A stretch of 39,517 nt of DNA from Octopus bimaculoides. Taxonomy: Eukaryota. This document shows, piece after piece, positions 12,058 through 23,005 of the stretch (position 1 is the stretch's first letter; every line of letters begins with the position of its first letter). Position numbers and translations under genes: made by a program. Under the pieces are notes generated by a model. The model ran no database searches. It saw only the letters and a program-made list of their open reading frames with translations, and had not been told where the DNA came from. The stretch is from NCBI RefSeq assembly GCF_001194135.2, contig NC_068981.1, forward strand, positions 32,441,169 through 32,480,685, written 5' to 3'.

Positions 12058-13340
12058 TGCTTTTCAGATAGTTAAGAAGACAATTTCGTGAGTGTCGATG
12101 CTATACTGCAGTAATACCAGTTAACTGTAATTAAGGTACGACTTTGTATGCAATGTTTAATATGGAATCACTGTTTAGTGGTGTAAGTTAAGCTCAAAGG
12201 GCATTTTCCATATGAAAAAGACACTCCAATTAACTAAACCTTAAACTTGAAGCTGTGAATGAAATCGTGAATTACTACAAGTTGATTCCATAAGTTAATC
12301 TTATTGTGTGTGAATGTTGTATATGTAACTATTATTTTAAGAGTGTATTGTGGTATTAAAAGAGTAATTACATAGTTCATATTAGAAGTAAATATGAACT
12401 GAGTATTATATATCTCTGTATCATGTTATCGCCATTACATCCATCATTATTGTGCAGTGACTAAATTGTTTATATGCTAGTAAATAACTTACTGTTATTA
12501 TTGAATAAATAAAATAATAGCAAGGAAACTATATAAACCAAGAACTAATTTATTACAGTGAAATAATATGAGACATAGACTGTCTAAACTATTCATAATT
12601 AGCGTATCCATCATTTGTGGTTAGCCATATTGACATTCAGATGACAGGAATGAAAATAGAAATATTCACGCTTTACTCAAGGGCATTAAAAACGAAAGTG
12701 AATAAAATCAAAAACTTGATCGCAGACTCGTATTACCGGAAACTTCTAAGCGACAGCTCCCACAATACTTGTTTATATTCGTGGTTTTATTCACACATAC
12801 GAAAAAATATATATCATGCTTATACGAAGATATTCACATTTCTTATGCATTTCATTTAAAGAACAATAAATAGAGAATCTACTCATCTATCAATCAAAAT
12901 GACCTATGAAGTTATCAATAAATGATTTATTCATCATCTATCAACTTTGCCTATAAAGGTGTAGAAAATATTTCTTAGAAAGAATGTTTGTCATAAAATT
13001 ATTTAAAATTTATAATGCATAAATCATAGATACAGTGATAACATAGAAAAGTAATAAATCTAGTTGCCACATTTCCTTTTATATACATTTTTAAAACGAC
13101 TAGTTATGGTTTCAAATCTTAACCGGACTTCGTTTCCAATATTATTAGAATAGATTTTTGCACGTTGATTAAGTAAATCTCTAAACGTGTAAAGTAATCA
13201 CATGGTGCTCACCGGGTGTAGCATAGATACTTTACATGCGCAGTATATGCATAACAAAATTTAGAAAATGATATGCCAAAGGAGAAAAACCGAAGACAAA
13301 CACACACAGACACACACACGCATATGTGTATATATGCATC

Positions 13341-13343
<3 letters not shown>

Positions 13344-13422
<79 letters not shown>
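13344..13422. repeat. (TA)n microsatellite abutting a mariner end
   Basis: Direct reading; ends in TA|CGTGGTCTGATCAATAAG. Confidence 0.95.
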
Positions 13423-13423
<1 letters not shown>

Positions 13424-13709
13424 GTGGTCTGATCAATAAGTATCCGGAATGTTGCCATAGTAACGAAACTAAAGCATGCAGAGTGAAGCCGCTCGGCATA
13501 GATTAAGCTTCAACTATCCTGTGCATGCCCACTAAGAGTTAACGTTCTAGCTGACTTCTGATATTTACAGCAGTGCTTGGAAGTAACGTGTGTAGCGTGT
13601 GATCGTCGCATTGACCACGACAGAGAATTTGAGCTGAGAATCTGTATCAAATTTTGCTAAAATTTTGGCGATACCTGCTCAGAAGTCTATGCAAAATTTT
13701 CAAAAAGTT
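13423..13709 (+). mobile_element. Mariner 5' end (TIR, 5' UTR and start of transposase)
   Basis: TIR-like cgtggtctgatcaataagtatccggaat. Frame FELRICIKFC*NFGDTCSEVYAKF matches the mariner N-terminal EQR.CIKFC.KLG motif. Confidence 0.8.
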
Positions 13710-14200
13710 TTCATCGCTCTCAAGATCTTGTGCGTCTGAGACCCGAGTATCTTTTTGGTCAGCTGAAAGACGTTTTGATACAAACTTGGCAGACAAGCGT
13801 CTCATACCCAATCTTCAGTGATAATGAACTCAGCTGAAGCGTAACTAATCTTCACATCTGCTAACTCACGGATGGGGATTCGACGACTTCCTCATAACAG
13901 CTGCATGCACATCTACGATGATTTTCCTGGTTTTGCTGGTTACGTGTTTCCCAGAACGTTCGTTAATATCGGCATATTTTTGGTCATCTTGGAAACGTCT
14001 GAACCACTCGTGTACTTGTGTGTTGCTCATATACCCCTCTCCATATACTTTCTGCAACATTGTGTAAGCCTCTGAGCAGGTATCGCCATGAAAACTTTCT
14101 GAGTCATGGTCAATGTAACGATAACACACTACACGCATTACTTCCAAGCATTGTTGTACACAGCGGAAGTGAGCTAGAACGTTGAAACTTAGGGGAGATA
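13708..14200 (-). mobile_element. Second mariner 5' portion of the same family, opposite orientation
   Basis: ORF GDTCSEAYTMLQKVYGEGYMSNTQVHEWFRRFQD...ERSGK (paired HTH region), then GMRRLSAKFVSKRLSADQK. Upstream DNA is homologous to 13528-13709. Confidence 0.9.
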
Positions 14201-15300
14201 TGCAGTGATACACGTATGGAAGATCCTGGAGTCGATGGCATCGAGATATATACATCAGCCTCTGAACTACAAGTCATTGCAAGGTTTTAAAGTTGCTAGC
14301 CATTCCATTTAATGTGAAGACCATACACTACAATAGCTTGGAATACGATACCTTTCCAAAACATCTGTGTGGTTTTCATGGAGTGCGGATGGAATCTTTC
14401 AATTAACAACTTAACCCCCTGCCGTCTAAGGTCTGAGATGAGCTTACATCACGGCAAGAAAGTCAAGAGATACAAATATCGAAATCCTCCTTCACCAAAG
14501 CCAATCACATAAGAATGTCCAATGAAAAGGTGATAATACTGGCGGTACCACAGCATGACCACAACTTTTACACACACACGAGTGTATAATCGTGTGCGTG
14601 TCTGTGTGTGTATTCGTGTGTTCGTGTGTTCATGTGTGTCTCTGTGTGTATCTGTGCGTGTTTGTGTGTGTGTATCTGTGCGTGTGTATGTGTGTGTCTG
14701 CGTGTTTTTATAGACTAGACACGGAAAACCATTCTTCTATTAGAAAGCCAGAAGCCAGATTAAAGTTACATGTCATATGACAACTTAACATTAATTGTCT
14801 TTTTTACTAAGACTTGGTTACTACATTATATGTAATTACTCATGAATGTCCTTACAAAACGTACGCAAAATATATTGACACTTTTTGATAACGTATAACA
14901 AGACACATGGAAGTAAATGACAGCACAGAGTTATGAATAGGGAAGGAACATTTAAGTATGTGAAAGCAACTTTAGATTATATTAGACCAAGAGATATGTA
15001 TTCTCATATAATTTCCCTTGAAATGCTATATTCTTTTAAGGGCAAGCTTTGTACTTTAGAGTGTCGCAGTTTCGCCACGTTTGTTATAAGATATGAATAA
15101 GCAGGAATATATGAATTATAATATACAGATGAAGAATATCAGATGTTCTAAAATATAAAGATGCAGGACTTATGATGTACTATGTAAACGCATATGTATG
15201 TGTTCCTATATGTACTCATCAACACACATATACATATGACTAGACACACACACATACACACATGTTTCTGTCTATCTATCCATATGTCTATAAATACATA

Positions 15301-16541
15301 TACAAGGTGATATCACAAATTCTCGGACTAGTTATGTTCGATAAAAAATAACTTATTTACCTAAGTTTGAACATCATCTCCTTCGAAATAATTACATTAC
15401 GCAGCAATACACCGGTTCCAGCGTTACTGTCACCTCTGCAATCGAGCCTGGAAGTAGCTTTACGTAAGGGAGTCGAGGACCTTCAACGATTCGCTCTTGA
15501 TCTCGACAACATTGTGAAAATAGCAGGAAGAGATGGAAGTCTGTACGTGCTAAAGCGATACCATACTACATCTGGTGAGAAACTCGCAAGTGAGGAGATC
15601 TCAGAGACAGGGTGCATTTCCGTCATAAAGAATCCAATTCTTTGCGTTCTACAGATCCGGTAGTTTACGCCGAATGTCATCCCTCAAACGCTTCAGAACA
15701 TCGCAGTTGAACTCTTGATTGACGGTCTGGACTTTGGTGGACAACGTCTCGATGCACAATACCACGGATGTCGAAAAAGACGTTCAGTATGCTCCTGATT
15801 GAGCTGTCGTGGAGATGAAAGGCTCTTCCATTGTGACGACTGCTGCTTCGTCTCAGGATTGTACTCGTAAACCCAACTTTTGTCATCGGTGGTAATCCTC
15901 GACACGAAGGATGGGTCACCAGCAGTACGCTGATGGAGTTCTTGACAGACTTCGATATGATGTTCTTTCAGCTCAGTGGTCAGCAGGCGGGGAACAAACA
16001 TGGCAGAGACACATAGTAGGTTCAATTCAGACACTAAAATTAGCTGCACGGACCCATACGATAGAGCAACAACATCAGCAATGTCGTTGATTATCCCCAG
16101 ACGATCTTCATGCACAAGTGAGGATTTTTTCCGCAAAGCGAAGGAATGGTGACGCACATGATGATCTCCCAGATCGCTCATCGTCTTCCAGGGACCCTCT
16201 TTCGCTTTTGAAGCGCCCATGCCATATTGCACACGACCCATTGCCTTGTCACCGTAGCTTACCGAAACATGCTAAATGTCTCTGTAGCACAGTTCCCAAG
16301 TTTAACGCCAAATTCCACGTTCGCTCTTTCTTCCAACTTTTTGGCGATCACAAAATCGCAGACTTCAGCATACACATGATCACAAAAACACATATTTCTC
16401 AACTTGCGAAGTAAACACAAGTATGCCACTCTGCACAGTCCTCCGTGAAGTTCACTGCTAGCTCTCACTGCGCATGCAACCATGTGCTGCCATCTGTTGG
16501 CGCTACAAAACTAATGAGGGAGCTTTTTATACTATCTCATA
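15301..16541 (-). mobile_element. Near-full-length decayed mariner (DD34D) transposon
   Basis: Frames EERANVEFGVKLGNCATETF, SAMFVPRLLT, RITTDDKSWVYEYNPETKQQSSQW, VFFDIRGIVH, FSPD and RWNRCIAA..YFEGDD. The 31-bp ends align ungapped at 18/31 with TA at both termini. Multiple stops and frameshifts. Confidence 0.95.
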
Positions 16542-16560
16542 TATATCTATATCTATATAT

Positions 16561-16720
16561 ATTCTTTTATTCTTTTACTTTTTTTCAGTCATTTGACTGC
16601 GGCCAAGCTGGAGCACCGCTTTTAGTCGTACAAATCGATCCCAGGACTTATTCTTTGTAAATCTAGTACTTATTCTATCGGTCTCTTTTGTAAAACAGCT
16701 AAGTTACGGGGACGTAAACA
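16561..16720 (-). mobile_element. SINE 3' portion (same family as 6657)
   Basis: cagtcatttgactgcggccaagctggagcaccgc...gctaagttacggggacgtaaaca is the reverse complement of the family tail. Confidence 0.85.
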
Positions 16721-16766
16721 CATGTTTTCGGCACGCATTAAAGCTGCATAATTATGCATTATTTAG

Positions 16767-16840
16767 TGATCCGACTGATGAGCACCGGATGCCAAATTAA
16801 TATATTTGCGCATTAAGAGCGAAACTTGAGTGAAGGGATT
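16767..16840 (+). ncRNA. Degenerate hammerhead ribozyme motif
   Basis: Intact CTGATGA (16775-16781) and GAAAC (16821-16825). GC/GC closes a stem II containing the atgccaaat/atttgcgcat hairpin. Near-palindromic stem III ACTTGAGT. Partial stem I atcc/ggat. Cleavage triplet GUG is non-canonical. Confidence 0.4.
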
Positions 16841-19179
16841 AACTAATTTTCTATTTTGTTCACTCTAGTAAAATTAAAGAATTGTTTTTTCGTGGTTTGG
16901 GTTCAACTGCCCATTCTAGCTTGCAAGAAGTCCTGTCAAGGATCTTCTCTCTGTGTATAAATCGTTATATACTCTTATATATATATATATTTATATATAC
17001 ATATATATATATAAAATATACAAGAATAAGGGCAGGGAATCGTCAATAAATAATAGAATTAATAATCAACAATTTTGCCAAGTAGTTCAGTATGAAAGAA
17101 CCTTTATCGGTAAAACCATTTATCATCATAAATATACAGGGATTAGCATTGAGATGCTTCTCCAACATACTGAAAATTTAGAAATAGCAGTCAACTGATT
17201 CTAAACTATAAATTTTTCTCTAAACGGATGGCGATATTTATGGCACACATAGAACAAAAAACCGGAGGGAAAAGCACAAACAAAACAAGTCTTTAGTTAA
17301 TTGGATACGAATCGTTTCATGGTTAAGCGAAAGAAAATTTCTCTATTCCAATCTTCAGTCCAAATATTCTGATAAATTTGAAAGTGCCCCTAATATATAT
17401 ANNNNNNNNNNNNNNNNNNNNNNNNNNNNNNNNNNNNNNNNNNNNNNNNNNNNNNNNNNNNNNNNNNNNNNNNNNNNNNNNNNNNNNNNNNNNNNNNNNN
17501 NNNNNNNNNNNNNNNNNNNNNNNNNNNNNNNNNNNNNNNNNNNNNNNNNNNNNNNNNNNNNNNNNNNNNNNNNNNNNNNNNNNNNNNNNNNNNNNNNNNN
17601 NNNNNNNNNNNNNNNNNNNNNNNNNNNNNNNNNNNNNNNNNNNNNNNNNNNNNNNNNNNNNNNNNNNNNNNNNNNNNNNNNNNNNNNNNNNNNNNNNNNN
17701 NNNNNNNNNNNNNNNNNNNNNNNNNNNNNNNNNNNNNNNNNNNNNNNNNNNNNNNNNNNNNNNNNNNNNNNNNNNNNNNNNNNNNNNNNNNNNNNNNNNN
17801 NNNNNNNNNNNNNNNNNNNNNNNNNNNNNNNNNNNNNNNNNNNNNNNNNNNNNNNNNNNNNNNNNNNNNNNNNNNNNNNNNNNNNNNNNNNNNNNNNNNN
17901 NNNNNTGTCAAGGATCTTCTCTCTGTGTATAAATCGTTATATACTCTTATATATATATATATAGTGTATAGAGTATGCAAGTGTATGTGGGTGCGCATGT
18001 GTCCATTCACTTGTATGTTTGGTTATTTATATGTACACACATTTCGAAATTACTTGTAAATACTCAAAAGATCTATCTTTATTGAAAGCAAAAAGATAGC
18101 GCTGATAAGAAAATGTCAATTGGTGTTCGTAAAGGCATCCATACAGAAATATGTAAGATATGTTTAAGTGATATATGATAAAGTTAAAAAGGTGTATATT
18201 GTAGCTCTATATAATACAAATATCAGTTTAAGTTCGTCTATTTTCTTACGAATATTTTCATCATATTTCAATTTATTTTCTTTGTGCATTTTGTAGTTGT
18301 TGCATTTATTGTTGTAAGGTCTAGTCTTTTTTTTTTTTCTAACTTTCGCTTTATGTCATGATATATCCAGAAATGTATTGATATTAGGGTGTTGTATTTT
18401 TCTTTATTCATTTAATTCCTGTCAACTTCTCCAAGCTCGTAACATTTTCGTAGGTGGTATCATGAAAAATATCAAAGTGATTTTTGCCTGCAAATGTTGC
18501 GTTCGTACAACGCGCGCACATAAGCATATTGTTAGGCATGCATTCACGAATACACACTAGTGTGTATATATTTCTGCCATGTCTCTGTGTCTGTATTTAA
18601 GTGAATTTATTGAAATACTTAATCATGTATGGAACATAACAATAAAATAAATCTAGAAACGTGGCATGCATGTGTCATTTTATTTCTCCCTTTCATTTCC
18701 CTTTCTATTTCTTTGATATATAAGCACATATGCACATCACACATACACACACATATATATACATATATTCTCGCACGCACTCTGTACATTTTTATATATT
18801 ATATATATTCACACATATATACATATGCACATACATATATATATATATNNNNNNNNNNNNNNNNNNNNNNNNNNNNNNNNNNNNNNNNNNNNNNNNNNNN
18901 NNNNNNNNNNNNNNNNNNNNNNNNNNNNNNNNNNNNNNNNNNNNNNNNNNNNNNNNNNNNNNNNNNNNNNNNNNNNNNNNNNNNNNNNNNNNNNNNNNNN
19001 NNNNNNNNNNNNNNNNNNNNNNNNNNNNNNNNNNNNNNNNNNNNNNNNNNNNNNNNNNNNNNNNNNNNNNNNNNNNNNNNNNNNNNNNNNNNNNNNNNNN
19101 NNNNNNNNNNNNNNNNNNNNNNNNNNNNNNNNGTATATGTGCGTGTTTGCGTGTCTGTGTGTGTGAGAGAGAGAGACAA

Positions 19180-19208
19180 AAAAAGAAAGAAAGAAAGAAA
19201 GAAAGAAA

Positions 19209-19284
<76 letters not shown>
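19180..19284. repeat. (GAAA)n microsatellite
   Basis: Direct reading. Confidence 0.95.
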
Positions 19285-19285
<1 letters not shown>

Positions 19286-19663
19286 GTTAGCACTTACGCA
19301 AAGACATTTAGGTGTTGGCTAGGGAAAGAAATTTCTGTTGTTCTTGAGTGAAAAATTTCCAGTCTTTATACAATTGTGTTTTACATCAGTAACTATTCAC
19401 CAAATCAGATATATAAAACTTTGGCTGTATATGTGACTTAGAATATGAAAATAAGTTAATTAAATTATTTATTCTCTTTCCAATTTTACAATACAAATGT
19501 TAACATCATATATTTTCTTTGGGTGTTTTCAACAAGTTTATCACCATCTTTCATTTATGTATCTTTGTTCCGAATACTTTTTCTTTTCTTTTCTTTTTTT
19601 TTTTTCGACAAATGCATATCTACCGCTTCTCTGCATTCTTATGAAGCTTGAAAATAATTTCAG

Positions 19664-19769
19664 ATGATAACTTTGGTGGATCTGAAAGAGTAAAAGTATA
19701 TCTGCGAAACTGTTTACAAACATGGTGGAAGTTCGTTTCGCAAGCTACGCATGTCTCTTTTGACCCACT
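19664..19769 (+). CDS. Candidate internal exon (xDNFGGSERVKVYLRNCLQTWWKFVSQATHVSFDPL), product unknown
   Basis: Acceptor aataatttcag| at 19663, weak donor |GTAACG at 19770. Open frame whose phase-2 end is compatible with the next candidate exon at 20370. Confidence 0.3.
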
Positions 19770-20008
19770 GTAACGTCAAAAATTTTGTTTTTTGTTTTCT
19801 TCTATTGGACCTTTCGGTTGATACCGTTTCAGAATAGTATGTTTATATGTGTCTATTAGAAAATGTATGAAGGTATGAATGTAGACAGACAGAAAGATAG
19901 ATATATATGGATAGGTGTTTTGTATGACGGTGGGAATAACTTAGTGTTAGAATTAAATATGCATAAATCGTTAGTTGAGTAGAGTGTGTAAAATGAAATA
20001 AATGACAA

Positions 20009-20088
20009 AGGAACAGGAAATTATGCAATGAACTTCATGCAATTATAGCTATAAGCTAATAGAGTTCATTGCATGATTTCCTGTTTCT
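20009..20088 (+). ncRNA. 80-nt stem-loop (26-bp stem), pre-miRNA-like or micro-foldback
   Basis: 20009-20034 pairs fully with 20063-20088 as + strand RNA (two G-U wobbles); 28-nt loop. Confidence 0.4.
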
Positions 20089-20128
20089 CAGATATTTAAC
20101 TTAATTTCATAGTGTGTGTGTGAGAAAG

Positions 20129-20159
<31 letters not shown>

Positions 20160-20211
20160 CTATATGGATGGATGGATGATATATACATCTATATAACTAT
20201 TTACACACACA

Positions 20212-20274
<63 letters not shown>

Positions 20275-20369
20275 ACATGATTTTTGTAACAAATGTGGAC
20301 ATATGTTTTTAGTAACTGATATAGGGCATCCAAAATAAACATGAACGTAGAGTAACTCGTTCCGTATAG

Positions 20370-20574
20370 TAGCTCTTCTTCCTGCTATTCTCTGTTGGAA
20401 TATAATGAAATGAAGAGCCTACAATCCGTACATAAAGTCATGTTAAATGCCTTTGGGGATGATAATGTCGCCAGTCTCCTTGATAAACTGGAACGCGTCT
20501 GTACTGTGATCAGAAAACAGTACATTGAGACACTAAAAAACCGTGAAGAAGAAGAAATCGAACAAGTACCTTAA
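20370..20574 (+). CDS. Candidate terminal coding exon (SSSSCYSLLEYNEMKSLQSVHKVMLNAFGDDNVASLLDKLERVCTVIRKQYIETLKNREEEEIEQVP*), product unknown
   Basis: Acceptor ttccgtatag| at 20369. 67 open codons with helical-protein-like composition. TAA 20572-20574. AATAAA at 20939-20944. Locally raised GC. Confidence 0.4.
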
Positions 20575-22262
20575 AACAATCCACATTCATTTTGACAACG
20601 AACAGCCACACACATCTTTAGTAACAAATCACGCAATCAACATTTGGGTTTGTTTCACTGAACAGTTCGGATCTGGTGACATTCGATTCTCATTTTTTTC
20701 GGTTCAGTTAGGAACAATCTTCGGGAAACAGATTTGATGGCACAGAGGAGTAAAAGTAACGGTGAAGAAATGGGTACAACAGTCCACACCTGCATGTATT
20801 CCAGGTGGATTCGAGTGTTGGATTCGATGATGGAGCCAATGCATCGTTTGATATGAAGACCACGTTGTGTAGTTCCTTTCCAATAAGAAAGGGTTTCTCT
20901 TCTAGCATCTGTAATTTGAAAGTCCTACGTCAGTTAATAATAAAACGTAAGCCAGCTTTCACATTATTTTCGGGCAACGGTGAGATATAAATACATACAT
21001 ACATACATATTTACATTCATACACGCACAGAAATACACTCATATATATCCACACGCATGCGTATATACTTTTGCATACGTATATTTGTGTATTTGTGCAT
21101 ATGTAAACACGCGTACATTACTTTAAGATCAAAGCAGGTAAAATGGAGTAGGGGTATGTTATGTTTATTCTTTACTCATGAAAAATTTCTTGCTTAACCC
21201 CAGGGTCAGACATCAGTGGCATTCCACTCATGACCATCCCTTTATTTTATGGTATGAATTTTTGCATTACCGAATGTGTTCCTTCCTTATATAAGGTTTC
21301 TTTACTGATAATACACCACTGTAAAAAGTCCTGTTGCAAAGTATGTAATCTTGTTCTGCAGGTAGTGTTTGCCTTCTGATCTCAGTGTATTAATATATAT
21401 TTATACGAAAAAATGAGAATGTGTTAATTTCATGCACCTGTTCTAGTTTCTAGCACCCAGTCACACCGAAATCTACTTTACTTTCCGTGTTCAAAATGTA
21501 TTCGCCATAAGATAGGCAGATAGATTGCATTAATGATACCCTGTCCTTTTAGGATAATATTTCATTCCTTCTATCAATAGTAAGTCTTACGTTGTTGATG
21601 ATTTTGCTTTTGTTGTTGTTAAAAGTAAGACCTACAGGCAAAATTGATCCAGCCTCCATTACCTAATTACAACATTATCCAATATGCCTTCCTGTTTTGA
21701 AGACCACATAGTGTGATGTGATTTGGCTGCTTTTCACTGTAAGTTGAGTGATTTTTTAGAGGTTCTCTCGTTAGCTTACAAGACCAATTCGTCATACTTG
21801 ACTCAGACATTCATGCACTATTATTCTATTGTTCTAATTTCGAATTGTACTGATGTGTTGTCTCATTACCTCAGATACATTTCAACTGCAATATACTCTC
21901 TTCACTTTCTCCATAAATCATTTAAAGAAGGAGCGTTGAAGTTCTTCATTTCTTCAGAGTAACTTAATTTATTCTAGCAACCATATATCCTCCAGAACCA
22001 AGGGAAAATATCTCAATCAGGTTGTTTTTTCGTTTCTACATGTCGACTTGGGTACAATGTTTATTTGATTTTTTTTCATTAGCTAATCTTTATTTAGACC
22101 CAAAGCATCATAAATAGGGTACTGGTATGTGGATAGTTCCTCTACTAAGAACAGCAGCCCATTCTCTCGCAAAACATGCATGTAGGTGCACGCGGATATT
22201 TGGAAAAAGCGATAGTTCGCAAAAGTCGTTGCTCAGATGAGTGGGGGGAAGGAGGAGGGTGA

Positions 22263-22333
22263 CATGCGCAGACTGGTGTTGCTATAGCAACCAGACTGCT
22301 TTGTGTAGTTCCTTCCTGGTCTCTATTTATAAA
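22263..22333. promoter_or_regulatory. Promoter-like motif cluster: RFX X-box GTTGCTATAGCAAC (22278-22291), NRF1-like half site CATGCGCA (22263-22270), TATAAA (22328-22333)
   Basis: Perfect 14-bp palindrome matching the RFX consensus GTHNYY-AT-RRNAAC, in non-repetitive and relatively GC-rich sequence. Confidence 0.5.
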
Positions 22334-22540
22334 GAGGGCCTCCCTCATTCTGAGATTGCCCCTGTTGCGTAGGGTTGCTCTGATGAAAACTTTAAAATTC
22401 TAGATTTAGTATTTCTTTATGGATTTCATTATTAAAGTGACCGTGCTCATGTGTTCTTTTATACGGTTGTGCAATTTTCTAGTGAAAGATTTTTCTATGT
22501 AGGATGCCCCACATTTACTGCAGACTACTTCGTATACCAC

Positions 22541-22756
22541 ATAGAAATGTTAGCACGCCAGGCGAAATGCTTAGCGGTATTTCGTCTGCCGCTACGTTCT
22601 GCGTTCAAATTCCGCCGAAGTCGACTTTGCCTTTCATCCTTTCGGGGTCGATTAAATAAGTACCAGTTACGCACTGCGGTCGATATAATCGACTTAATCC
22701 GTTTGTCTGTCCTTGTTTGTCCTCTGTGTATAGCCCCTTGTGGGTAGTAAAGAAAT
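22541..22756 (+). mobile_element. tRNA-derived SINE (11841 family)
   Basis: ttagcacgccaggcgaaatgcttagcggtatttcgtctg...gcgttcaaattccgccgaagtcgactttgcctttcatcctttcggggtcg. Confidence 0.9.
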
Positions 22757-22945
22757 AACATAGGACCTCTAACACGTTTTAATGTCGTTGATAGGACAGC
22801 TGGTTAGTGTGTACCTAACAATGCTAAACTCAACATACAGATGGTGCGCACCGGTCCTTCACTGAGGAAATTTCTGTCAAGGGAAAATACCACACATAAC
22901 ATTTTGCCCGGCATGCTAATGATTCTGCTAGCATGGTGTCTTAAG

Positions 22946-23005
<60 letters not shown>

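Noticed and set aside
16934-17960. ~55-bp direct repeat (16934-16988 and 17906-17960)
   Set aside because: The second copy begins at a gap edge; probably haplotype or assembly redundancy.
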